IMG/VR virus record: IMGVR_UViG_3300033144_002476
Coordinates: 1-39,275 of that record
Strand: one strand, 5' to 3'
DNA from: a virus
Length of the DNA: 39,275 nucleotides
Both the position numbers and the translations under genes were made by a program. Position 1 is the first letter of the stretch. The number at the start of each line of letters is the position of its first letter. The notes beneath the pieces were generated by a model. That model made no database searches. It saw nothing but the letters and a program-made list of their open reading frames with translations, and was not told the DNA's origin. Positions 7,441-16,343 of this stretch are shown here, piece by piece.

Positions 7441-7973
7441 TGGAACTTTTAACTTTCATCTCCCCCCACGCACTCCTCATCGGTTGGAAACCGAGTGAGT
7501 AGCGCTCCCCCCTCTACGGACTTTGGCTACACACGAAGGTTTTGAGTGATTTCATTGTTTTTATTAAACAATCTTTCTTCAAATCGTGGTTTTATGTAAG
7601 TCTAACATTCACTTTAGTTAGGATTAATCGCCGTTGGTCTCCAGTACTCCTACTTTCATTGATTATCGACTGGCATAGTCATGCTGATTCACAGATTATT
7701 TAACCGTTTGTCCTTAGTCTTGGACTCTACCTAATGCCTTTCGACTCGGTAAAGTGCTTGATAAGATTTCCAACCTTATCTTCGAGAGTAGGATCTCCTA
7801 ATCTGCTTCACTTACTTAATCCTCCAGCCCCGCCTCCCACTGGTATCTATCGCTACATTATCTTCGTTGTCGGAAGTCATATTGTAAGCACGGGTTAGAG
7901 CAACACCAAACACGCATTGCTAGAAATCGCTATTGAGGGTGGTTTTCATCGGACAATCGTTACTGCCTCACCT
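7441..7973 (-). ncRNA. candidate large structured non-coding RNA (class unknown; comparable in size and phage context to ROOL/GOLLD-type RNAs)
   Basis: No ORF >=60 aa in any frame. About 43% G+C by hand count against AT-rich flanks, with G>C on the minus strand. Several nested helices can be drawn. A TTTATATA box lies 22 nt upstream. Confidence 0.5.
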
Positions 7974-7995
7974 CAAATATAATAAGAAAAATAAA

Positions 7996-8003
7996 TATAT
8001 AAA
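7996..8003 (-). promoter_or_regulatory. TTTATATA box upstream of the candidate RNA
   Basis: Minus-strand TTTATATA is followed by 22 A/T-rich nt, then the GC-rich structured segment begins at 7973. It can also be read as TTTATA-N16-TATATT. Confidence 0.35.
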
Positions 8004-8017
8004 TGTTTGTATTGTGT

Positions 8018-8464
8018 TTAAATCAAAATTGCTTCAACTTCTGTATCTTCATCTTCATCAAAGATTACTTTTACGTTGTAAATCTGTTTCTTAGATTTAG
8101 AATCTTCTTCATCAAATCTTAATCTAATCTTAAAGTCTATTGTAGTTTTCTCATCTTCATATGAAACGTTATGGTCGCTGTATATTCTACTAACTTCCAT
8201 TTCATCAAAATCATATGTACCGAGTACATCTACATTGTTACCAGCTTCGTCTTCCTCGTCTTCTACAGCTTGTAAAAATTCAGCAACAGCCAAATCTAGT
8301 TGACTTACTGCTGGTACATCTACATACTCAGTAACGGAGACATTCTGGTATTCTACGATAGGATCAACTACAGGACAGTCTTGTTCGGGAGTTAGTACCA
8401 CTCCACCTAGAGCTCCAACGAGCAAACAGATTGCCATTAAGATTGTTGCTAATGTATTTTCCAT
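8018..8464 (-). CDS. membrane-anchored acidic protein (148 aa)
   Basis: N-terminal hydrophobic segment LATILMAICLLVGALGGVVL followed by a D/E-rich domain. GGAGGT SD. Confidence 0.65.
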   Translation of the reverse strand: MENTLATILMAICLLVGALGGVVLTPEQDCPVVDPIVEYQNVSVTEYVDVPAVSQLDLAVAEFLQAVEDEEDEAGNNVDVLGTYDFDEMEVSRIYSDHNVSYEDEKTTIDFKIRLRFDEEDSKSKKQIYNVKVIFDEDEDTEVEAILI

Positions 8465-8495
8465 TATGTTTTACCTCCTATTATTTAGTTAAGTA

Positions 8496-8675
8496 TTAAT
8501 TTTTCTTAACTGGTTTAACTGGTTTAACTGGTTCTACTGGTTTGTTCATCTCTTCTACTAACAAAGCAATAGTTTTCTGCTTCATCTGAGATAATTGATT
8601 TGCCTGTGCTTGAAGTGATTCAAGTTGCAACTGGATTTCACCAATTTTCGCCTTTAATTCGATTTGTTTATCCAT
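8496..8675 (-). CDS. coiled-coil mini-protein with (K/E)PV repeats (59 aa, below track cutoff)
   Basis: Hand translation MDKQIELKAKIGEIQLQLESLQAQ...KPVEPVKPVKPVKKN. No SD. A TTTAAATA box lies 22 nt upstream. Confidence 0.45.
   Translation of the reverse strand: MDKQIELKAKIGEIQLQLESLQAQANQLSQMKQKTIALLVEEMNKPVEPVKPVKPVKKN
8508..8543. repeat. four tandem 9-nt units (aactggttt-like)
   Basis: aactggttt aactggttt aactggttc tactggttt, encoding the PV(K/E) repeats of 8496..8675. Confidence 0.8.
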
Positions 8676-8710
8676 AGTTTTATTTAGTAATTTAGTTTAT
8701 TTAAAGTTTC

Positions 8711-9073
8711 CTATTTAAAGATTTCATACCTAAAAGAATTAGGAGTATATATTACAAATTTACCTGTTATATTTCTTAGAGGAACTCCAAAAACATCAAC
8801 TAAAGTTTTCATTCCATTTTCTATTTGACTAAATGCTTTTTGCCTTTGTTTATGTGAATGTTTTAATTCAGCGACGGTATAAAGTCCATTATATTTTGCT
8901 ATAAATAAATCTGGAGACATTTCTAAGCCTGTCCAGTTAGGTTTTTCTATAATTGGTTCTTTAATTATTAAATGAATATTGCCTGGTATTTCTCCGATTG
9001 ACTTTAATCCTCGTGGTTGGCATAGTTCTTCTAATTTTTTGATGTGCATTTTTTCAGATTTACTTATCTTCAT
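8711..9073 (-). CDS. possible PD-(D/E)xK-fold nuclease (120 aa)
   Basis: SPDLFIAKYNGLYTVAELKHS fits PD...ExK. The ATG at 9073 is preferred over the track TTG at 9079. Confidence 0.4.
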   Translation of the reverse strand: MKISKSEKMHIKKLEELCQPRGLKSIGEIPGNIHLIIKEPIIEKPNWTGLEMSPDLFIAKYNGLYTVAELKHSHKQRQKAFSQIENGMKTLVDVFGVPLRNITGKFVIYTPNSFRYEIFK

Positions 9074-9314
9074 AATCAATTTCTTTTATTTGAATTTTTA
9101 GATTTTCTAAAGTAACATAATTTTCTAAACAATTTCTCAATATCTCCCTTATTGGAATTTTAATATTACCAAAAGTTAAACAAGTATTACAATATTTATT
9201 ATATTTACAATTATCTCCTTGTGGATTATAAAATTTACAAATATCATAATAAGGACATTCCAGCTTATCAAAATCAAATCCATCATTTATCCTAGTTGGA
9301 GAATATTTATCCAT
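9060..9314 (-). CDS. cysteine-rich protein (84 aa)
   Basis: CPYYDICKF...CKYNKYCNTC cluster. AAGGAGGT SD. Confidence 0.6.
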   Translation of the reverse strand: MDKYSPTRINDGFDFDKLECPYYDICKFYNPQGDNCKYNKYCNTCLTFGNIKIPIREILRNCLENYVTLENLKIQIKEIDYEDK

Positions 9315-9536
9315 TTACTCTACCTCCTTAATTGTTGTGATTTCATTTTTTAACCCTTCCCAGTAAGTAATCTGAGCATCTACTTGCGATTCTGTATAAT
9401 ACTTAGTTCGTCTTGTGTCGACTACTTTTACAGCAGCATCTTTATCTGTAATAGCGTCAATATAAGTAACTTCTTTATATCTAACTTCTTGAACTTGCTC
9501 TATTGGAATTGATTCTTCAACTTTTGTTAATACCAT
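9315..9536 (-). CDS. hypothetical protein (73 aa)
   Basis: ORF track. AGGAGGA SD. Confidence 0.6.
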   Translation of the reverse strand: MVLTKVEESIPIEQVQEVRYKEVTYIDAITDKDAAVKVVDTRRTKYYTESQVDAQITYWEGLKNEITTIKEVE

Positions 9537-9551
9537 TTTTCCTCCTATAAT

Positions 9552-12500
9552 TTAAATTGCTTCACCCAATGAATTTGCTGTATATTCTACAAATTGCCCT
9601 CTCATATGTACTGCATCAGAAATTGTATCTTGAACATCTCCGCTTAATCTTGTAACTTTCCAAAAAAAAGCTTTATCTGTTGCACTTGGTAAATCAATTC
9701 CGGGAACTTCTGCGACAATTAAACCATCACTTGTTGCCGACGCTGTGCTTACTATTGTTAAGGTTTCCTGTGCTCCGGCAGTTACATCTTCGTTAGGACT
9801 TATCCATAAATATTCTAATTGCCATTTACAATTTCCCGGACTAATTCCGTTAGCGTGCCACCCAATATTTAAAGTTATTGGGATAGTTATATCTATGTCG
9901 GGGGGGATTAAGAAAGTCCCACTTACACTTTCTTGATTAGCTTCTATTGCGTCTGAAAATTCCCAACAACCAGTTAATCCATCCTCAACAAATGTTGCAG
10001 GTTTTGCTCCTGGGGCTCTTATTCCATTAGCACCAATATAAATTTTCTTTTTTACCCTCGCTGTTCCATGCAAATTTATCTCTCCGTCTGATTTTATTTC
10101 TGTATAATTTACTGCTCCGCCAATATTAGAAGCACTAAAACTTGCACTTCCATCAGTAAAACTAACCCAAGCTACACCATTATCTCCAAATCCGGGAGTT
10201 TGAGCAGAACCTTTCCAAACAAATTTTCCAACTTCATTAATAAAATTATATCCACTTCCAAAACCAATGTGACTCCACCGAGCAGAACCACCAACTCTAT
10301 TTGGGGGGCTATCAACATTTCCTTTTAAATATAAATGCTTTTGAGATAATTGGTCATCATTTACAACTAAAGCACCACCAATTTCATTATCTCCTTTGAT
10401 TTCTCCTGTAACTGTTAAATCTGTTGATGTTCTAATATCTCCATTAACATCTAATTTATAAGCAGGATTATCAATACCAATTCCAACATTTCCACCCTCT
10501 TCCCACACCATAACATTAGCCACACCGCTTTCAGTTAAACTTAATCCTGTTCCAGTAATAGCACCAAAATGCCAATCAGGATTAACATTATCATCTGCAA
10601 AATATAAAACATCTCCTATTTGAACTCTTCCAGCAACATCTAATTTATGAGTCCCTATTGGGCTTGTTCCTATTCCAATTCTATCAAATTGTCCTGTTCC
10701 GGTAACATTCAAATCTCCCAAAACATCTAAACGATTACTAACATCAATAATCCCATTAGTCCCATCAGAACTTATCTGTAAGTCTGTGTTAGTCGTTCCC
10801 CATTTAGAGATAATATTATCCCCCCCCATAAAATTATCTGTTTGAGAATATAATCCCCAGTTATTTGTTCCTTTTGTTTGTCCAGCGTCATAAAAAGCAT
10901 ATTGATTTGCTATTGCATAATTTCCACCAGTTCGTGCATCATCTGCATAAAAAGCATATCCGTTTCCAAAGATATTTGCAGTTCCTGTCCCAGGACCACC
11001 TGCACCTACTGCTTTTATTCTACTAAAATATCCAAATATATTTTGTCCGTAGTGTGTTAAATCATCATCATCTTCTAATTCTAAACCAACTTCTGCAAAT
11101 CCTCCAAGTAAATTAGAGGCAGCAGCACCAGACCCAACATTTGCAGGAGGTGTAAATGTCGCAGAAAACTTAACTCCATAACCAAAAGCTAATGAAGTTG
11201 AAGTATTAGAAATAAAATCATTTTGAATACCTGCTCCAACATTCGTTGTATCTGTTGTAAAAGGATTATTAATCCCAACACCCTCTGTAATACTTCCCCC
11301 ATTAAAAGCACCTTGTCCTGCTGTTATATCTCCAGCCCCAAAATCCCAGTCTCCTGTCATGCTCCCGTCGGTGATTGTGTTAGTGCCGAGGTCTAAAGTT
11401 GTTGCATTAATTGTTGTTGCAGAAAAATCATGACTCCCCAAATCAACATCAGTCGTCGCACCAGTATAAGGAACCAAATCAGAAATTGCTGTGCTTGAAA
11501 ATTCTAAAGCAGTTCCACCAGTATTTTCTTGAAGTAATCTATTAGTTGAAATAGTATAAGCACTAGGTGTATCTGTTAATCCTAAAAATGTTGTAATACC
11601 GCTTGCTCCTGCGCCTGCTCCTGCTGTTGTATTTGGTAAAAAACCTCTTAAATCTTGAGTTTCATATAGACTCCAAACTCCACCAGTATTGACAAAAGTA
11701 AATCTTGCAATCAAAAAGCCTACTCCTTGAAAGGCTTTAGGGATTGTATAAACTGAACTTGCCCCTGCATCTACTACTGCTTGTTCTGGGAAGTTTTTAT
11801 TATAAGTACCGATTGGCATATTAGCCATTAAATGTGATGGTTCACCACTTTTATTTGCCGTTCCCCATACAACTACACTAAAACTTGTATTAAGTAATGG
11901 GTCTCCAACTGCATCGGTAGTAATATCTGATAAATCTAACACTTCTGTGTAGGATCCGGCAAAATCATTAACCACAATAACATGGTCGCCTATTGTATCT
12001 CCAGGAGTTGCACTTGGAATTACTTCTTCTACGGTAATAATAAAATTAGGGTCAGACCAAATAGTACTTACCACAGTATATAATCCTTCATTACCATTAA
12101 CTCCGTGAACATTAATTGTTTTACCTTCTGGGAAAACGTTTGTTAAATCTCCATCTCCACTAATTGTGAAAGTTTTATTTCCTTGATTAACCGCGTCTAT
12201 AGTATATTGAGTCATATCCTGCAATGGAAAAGGATGTCTATGCATTTGATAAATAACACCAGAAGTATTTTTTATCCAAACTTCGTCTGCTGGTCCAATG
12301 TCTACTGAACCTTCACAGCCAGAATCCCACTGTGCTTCGAATTGTCTTAACTTTTCTCCTATATGAGATAAATGTCCTTGGTTAGAAGTAGTATCCTGAA
12401 TCTCATCATTCCAATTCTGATTTCTTAATGCGCCCTCTGTTTCTGTTGTTGCAGCAGTTTGTAAGAAAACTTGCGCAACTTTAATATGTTCAAAGGTTGT

Positions 12501-13337
12501 GGGAAATGCAGAAGTACTTACTGTTAATTCTTTTGTACTCTTTGGAATATAAATATAATTAGTTTGTGGTGTATCATCAGTACCTTGAGTTAATTCAATA
12601 GTAGCTGGAGGACTTGTATCAAACATTGTAAATCCATCAGAAAACATCATTGTTAAATCTGGATGTCCATTACTTGGTTCAAGTGTTCCTGTAATAGTTG
12701 TACCATCACTTGAGGTTCTAAAATCGAAAGATTCTCTAATTACACCATTCCAAAAATTAACAAATGTATCTTCTAATTCACCTTTAACAGAAACTACAAT
12801 TTCTCCATCTAATTCACCTACAATAGAAACTCCGCCTATTTGAATTGGATAATTTGGAAACTCTGGTTTGTCTGCAGTGAATGCTCCAGCTGTATCTGGG
12901 CTAACATAAACATTATCACCAACAATAAAATCAGATGTATCAATTCCCCGAACATTTCCTCTTTGTGTTGCAATCCCAGAACCCCCTGTTGGAATATTCA
13001 TAGTTGCTACCCAAATTGCTCTGCTTATCCCATCAGGAGTGTTAGCTTGAGCTAATGCAACATTTGGGATACCTAATGTTGCTCCTGCAATAGGATGAAT
13101 TACTTGACCGTTTAAAATATCTTCTCCAGTTGTATTATAAACCAAAAACCAGTCTTCAAAGCCTACTTGTAAATTAGGACCACGACCAGTACAAATATCA
13201 AGTGTTGTTTCTTTATTGTTCCAAGCAACATGACCAGCTTCTGTGCATTCCTCTGTTAGTCCTGTACGAAAATTAAGTTGTCTAAATCTATTTGATTTTA
13301 GTCTATTTAGTATGTCATCGTATTCTGTTTTAACCAT
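9552..13337 (-). CDS. large tail fibre / receptor-binding (adhesin-like) protein, 1261 aa
   Basis: Very long Gly/Thr/Asn-rich ORF with repetitive beta-rich segments, in the structural gene cluster. TAATG coupling to the upstream gene. Confidence 0.6.
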   Translation of the reverse strand: MVKTEYDDILNRLKSNRFRQLNFRTGLTEECTEAGHVAWNNKETTLDICTGRGPNLQVGFEDWFLVYNTTGEDILNGQVIHPIAGATLGIPNVALAQANTPDGISRAIWVATMNIPTGGSGIATQRGNVRGIDTSDFIVGDNVYVSPDTAGAFTADKPEFPNYPIQIGGVSIVGELDGEIVVSVKGELEDTFVNFWNGVIRESFDFRTSSDGTTITGTLEPSNGHPDLTMMFSDGFTMFDTSPPATIELTQGTDDTPQTNYIYIPKSTKELTVSTSAFPTTFEHIKVAQVFLQTAATTETEGALRNQNWNDEIQDTTSNQGHLSHIGEKLRQFEAQWDSGCEGSVDIGPADEVWIKNTSGVIYQMHRHPFPLQDMTQYTIDAVNQGNKTFTISGDGDLTNVFPEGKTINVHGVNGNEGLYTVVSTIWSDPNFIITVEEVIPSATPGDTIGDHVIVVNDFAGSYTEVLDLSDITTDAVGDPLLNTSFSVVVWGTANKSGEPSHLMANMPIGTYNKNFPEQAVVDAGASSVYTIPKAFQGVGFLIARFTFVNTGGVWSLYETQDLRGFLPNTTAGAGAGASGITTFLGLTDTPSAYTISTNRLLQENTGGTALEFSSTAISDLVPYTGATTDVDLGSHDFSATTINATTLDLGTNTITDGSMTGDWDFGAGDITAGQGAFNGGSITEGVGINNPFTTDTTNVGAGIQNDFISNTSTSLAFGYGVKFSATFTPPANVGSGAAASNLLGGFAEVGLELEDDDDLTHYGQNIFGYFSRIKAVGAGGPGTGTANIFGNGYAFYADDARTGGNYAIANQYAFYDAGQTKGTNNWGLYSQTDNFMGGDNIISKWGTTNTDLQISSDGTNGIIDVSNRLDVLGDLNVTGTGQFDRIGIGTSPIGTHKLDVAGRVQIGDVLYFADDNVNPDWHFGAITGTGLSLTESGVANVMVWEEGGNVGIGIDNPAYKLDVNGDIRTSTDLTVTGEIKGDNEIGGALVVNDDQLSQKHLYLKGNVDSPPNRVGGSARWSHIGFGSGYNFINEVGKFVWKGSAQTPGFGDNGVAWVSFTDGSASFSASNIGGAVNYTEIKSDGEINLHGTARVKKKIYIGANGIRAPGAKPATFVEDGLTGCWEFSDAIEANQESVSGTFLIPPDIDITIPITLNIGWHANGISPGNCKWQLEYLWISPNEDVTAGAQETLTIVSTASATSDGLIVAEVPGIDLPSATDKAFFWKVTRLSGDVQDTISDAVHMRGQFVEYTANSLGEAI

Positions 13338-13687
13338 TAACTATAACTAAGCGATTCTCTTTGAGAGAATATATTTGTAAAAGATTCGCTTCCTCCTGCA
13401 TATTCAATAATAGTTCCAGTTGTATAGTTAACACGCTTAATCTTCCAAACTGCAGCACTTGTTAAACTTCCAATAACCGCAGTTCCGATATATTCTATTT
13501 TTGAATCACTTGAGTCTACTTGTACATTTATAGCGAAATCTCCGTCAAGTTGGACTGGCAGTGGGTTAGAACCGCTTATAGGGCTACCTGAACTATCAGT
13601 TAAGCCTGTTTTGACAAATGTTGTATCTTTATCTGTTCCGCCGAACTTATCTTGCTCTCTTTGGTGAATACTTGGACTAATCGCCAT
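13337..13687 (-). CDS. hypothetical structural protein (116 aa)
   Basis: ORF track. AAGGAGA SD. Its stop overlaps the start of the 1261-aa gene. Confidence 0.6.
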   Translation of the reverse strand: MAISPSIHQREQDKFGGTDKDTTFVKTGLTDSSGSPISGSNPLPVQLDGDFAINVQVDSSDSKIEYIGTAVIGSLTSAAVWKIKRVNYTTGTIIEYAGGSESFTNIFSQRESLSYS

Positions 13688-14024
13688 CTTCTTTCTCCTT
13701 ACATTTCTTTGATTCGATTACTTGTTCTACTATTTCTCCTTCGCCGTCTTCTTTTTCTATTTCAAAGAATTCTTCAGGAAATTCTTCAACTGATTCGTCT
13801 GATTCGCTAATGTTTATTACCTTAATTATTCCTGGTTGGTTTAGGTATCTTTCAACGAACATTATGTTTTCTGTTTGGTCTGCGTATTTTTCTACTATAC
13901 ACTTGATTACAAATATATCATCGTTTGTATAAAGTGTCCAACTATCATCATTTTCTATTACGAATATTCTAGAGTTACTTAGATATTTAGTTTGAAATGT
14001 AAACCAATCAATTTCGACTTTCAC
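13677..14024 (-). CDS. hypothetical acidic protein (115 aa; start moved to GTG 14024)
   Basis: GTG 14024 forms a GTGA overlap with the Mu-F gene stop and follows AAGGTGAT. The track start is 14057. Confidence 0.55.
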   Translation of the reverse strand: MKVEIDWFTFQTKYLSNSRIFVIENDDSWTLYTNDDIFVIKCIVEKYADQTENIMFVERYLNQPGIIKVINISESDESVEEFPEEFFEIEKEDGEGEIVEQVIESKKCKEKEDGD

Positions 14025-14668
14025 TTTATCACCTTTATTCGTAAAATACTTCTGCACGACACGTGGAAAGGACTATTTTGAGATTTAATTGTTTTGTTGT
14101 CTACTTTAACTACAAACTCTTTATCAAGTGGAATAGATTGTTCTGGTGTACCGTATTTAGCAAATTCTTTTTTACATATATTAGAAGTTCTATCGTCCAT
14201 TGTAACGTCTAACCATTTTTCTAATTTAAGTCCAGTCTGACTTGCTTGGTTGGCTGCGTCGAGAGTTCCTTGATTATTTGCTCGTAATGTCTCGGTTCGT
14301 AGAATTGTTTTAAGTCTTGTTTGATATTTTTTATCTTTAAACAGTTTCTTGACTCGTTTAGATAACTCAGTTGTTGTTTCTCCGTTTAGTATTCCTCTTT
14401 GAATTTCTTGTCTTAATTGATTTGAAATAGTGTCGCCTGCAGCGTCAATGTTTTCTGATACATAATCTTGTAAGAAATTTAAGTCTTTAGACTTTGGTAC
14501 CAAATTAATTGTTAAGTCTAAGTCTTCGTCTACTTTTTCGATTGCACTTATATATTGAGAACTAATCATATTATTTATTACTACTTTGAACTTGTCTAGC
14601 CTAAAAATTGTTTTAAATTTTTCAAGCAATATATCTACTAATGACTTTTCACAAATCGAGGGACTCAT
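14021..14668 (-). CDS. head morphogenesis protein, Mu-F / SPP1 gp7-like
   Basis: TETLRANNQG...DDRTSNICK...SPFHVSCRS matches the family pattern (PPxHxxCRC-like end). Lies immediately downstream of the portal gene. Confidence 0.75.
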   Translation of the reverse strand: MSPSICEKSLVDILLEKFKTIFRLDKFKVVINNMISSQYISAIEKVDEDLDLTINLVPKSKDLNFLQDYVSENIDAAGDTISNQLRQEIQRGILNGETTTELSKRVKKLFKDKKYQTRLKTILRTETLRANNQGTLDAANQASQTGLKLEKWLDVTMDDRTSNICKKEFAKYGTPEQSIPLDKEFVVKVDNKTIKSQNSPFHVSCRSILRIKVIK

Positions 14669-16292
14669 TTGGAAGTTCCTCCAATGTTTTCACAATGTCT
14701 TTTTCTACTCCGTCTATGTAAGAATTAAGCTCACTTAGGGGTGTTTTCTTTGCTTTTACTTCTGGTTTTTTTTGTATTACTTCCTTTGGTTTTTCCTTTG
14801 GTTTATCACCTTCTTTTTCCGCAGGATTATTTAAGTTAGCAGTTTTCTCCATTAATTCCATTTCTTGTTCACGTCTTTCGTCAAGTCCTTCTTTAAGTTC
14901 TTCTAAATTAATTCCTCTTTCCTTTGCGATCATCATTTCTGTTTTGATTCCTAAATCTTTTTCCATTTTAAGTCTAGTAAGCTCTTTGATGTCGTCGTCT
15001 ATGTCACTTACGTCAAATTCAAACTGAAGAGGCACATCTGCAAAGTCTGCCATTTCACTTCCTTCTGTGAAGAATTCTGGGACTATTTGCGTGTTTAAAT
15101 GATATTGAATTACTTTAAGAAGTGGTCCAAGTGCTTTACGTTTAGCGTTTTTAATTTGTGCATCACCTGTTGCTTTATTGGAATCTTGGCTGAACCCTAA
15201 TTCATCCGCAGTTACACCGAAATTCATCCAAAGAACTTTAGTAAACCATTCTTGCTGGGCGATTATCTCCATTTCTTTCGAGGAAAGTTGAAACGGAACG
15301 AACTTAGCAGGAGAACTTACGATAGGTATTTTATTCCAAATCTTTCGCATAAAACCAAACTCATCTTCTTTTCTAGTTTCTTTTTCCATATTTTCACGAT
15401 ATTGAGCCATTTGTCCGGCTGTTGCTCCAAGTAGTTCTATTACTCCGTCAGGCATATTATTGTTTATGTAAATGTCTAGGTTGTAATCTATTCCATATAC
15501 TAAGTTAAGAATTGTCTTCATTAAAACACTTACAGGAGAAGTACCATATATTGAATCAGATCGAGGATTTTGCATCATGTAAACTACTTCTCTTTTTCCG
15601 AAAGGTACTGGCATAGAACCTGCTGTCCATCCGTATTGAAAATAAGCCGCCTGTTCTTTGTAAAGTAGACTATATTGTTTCATTAATTGTTGTTGAGAAT
15701 TGGTTTGGTTTCCTGCTAAGTCCATTCCTACTCCAGTAAATCCGTCTGGAAGTGGTGTTACGAAGTCTGCTCTGTTCCCCATATAACCATATATGTCAGG
15801 GTTTTTTAAGAACAGGTCACCAGATCGTGCGAACATTTGTTTAAAATCTCCACTTACATCAAATACTTTTACTAATACTCCTGCGTCTACTTCACAAATA
15901 TCTGTAATAAGTTGTCGTATAATATGATTAAAAGATTCTTCATTTCCGTTTGGGTTTCTAAAGAATTTTGTTATTTCTTTTATTTTATCGGTATAATCTA
16001 CTTCTTCTTCCTCTTTAGAATTAACATCACTAAATTCTTCTTTTACATTAACGGACCACTTAATACTACTTGCTTCATCTGCTAAAGTCTTGATAACAGA
16101 AAAAACATAAGGATTATTAGACAACTTTTTAAGCATAGGAGTATTATCTGTTCGAGGCATACCAAAAGGGGGCCTGTACAACACACCTGGAATATATGCT
16201 TTAAAAATATCATCACCCTTTGGTTTAGTATATGCTTGTGTAACTGACCCAGAAGTGTCTACTTTTGCTTTAGTGAAGATGTTCCATGCCAT
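14649..16292 (-). CDS. portal protein
   Basis: 547 aa. PRSDSIYGTSPVSVL, NNNMPDGVIELLG and a C-terminal acidic/Lys-rich tail are typical of portals. Followed by the Mu-F-like gene. Confidence 0.8.
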   Translation of the reverse strand: MAWNIFTKAKVDTSGSVTQAYTKPKGDDIFKAYIPGVLYRPPFGMPRTDNTPMLKKLSNNPYVFSVIKTLADEASSIKWSVNVKEEFSDVNSKEEEEVDYTDKIKEITKFFRNPNGNEESFNHIIRQLITDICEVDAGVLVKVFDVSGDFKQMFARSGDLFLKNPDIYGYMGNRADFVTPLPDGFTGVGMDLAGNQTNSQQQLMKQYSLLYKEQAAYFQYGWTAGSMPVPFGKREVVYMMQNPRSDSIYGTSPVSVLMKTILNLVYGIDYNLDIYINNNMPDGVIELLGATAGQMAQYRENMEKETRKEDEFGFMRKIWNKIPIVSSPAKFVPFQLSSKEMEIIAQQEWFTKVLWMNFGVTADELGFSQDSNKATGDAQIKNAKRKALGPLLKVIQYHLNTQIVPEFFTEGSEMADFADVPLQFEFDVSDIDDDIKELTRLKMEKDLGIKTEMMIAKERGINLEELKEGLDERREQEMELMEKTANLNNPAEKEGDKPKEKPKEVIQKKPEVKAKKTPLSELNSYIDGVEKDIVKTLEELPNESLDL

Positions 16293-16327
16293 GAATGTGA
16301 AGGTGATATTGTTAGTTGGTCTAAATT

Positions 16328-16343
16328 ACTTTTAAAACCAACG
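16328..16343 (-). promoter_or_regulatory. conserved box CGTTGGTTTTAAAAGT (minus strand)
   Basis: Starts directly after the stop codon of 16344..16592 and lies 35 nt upstream of the portal ATG. One of five near-identical copies. Confidence 0.6.

Noticed and set aside
7123-7973. Group I or group II intron carrying the GIY-YIG ORF
   Set aside because: No interrupted host gene. The upstream ORF (8018..8464) ends with its own stop, and the sequence after the nuclease ORF is another small overlapping ORF, so there are no exons to join. I saw no GUGYG 5' end, no domain-V-like hairpin and no reverse transcriptase.
7441-7973. tmRNA, tRNA, RNase P RNA or rRNA fragment
   Set aside because: No T-loop (GGTTCGAATCC-like) or CCA-type acceptor end. 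The only RNase P-like string is AAAGUCCG (within GCCAAAGUCCGUAG), it lies near the 3' end rather than the 5' end, and the partner conserved regions are absent. No rRNA-like conserved blocks recognised.
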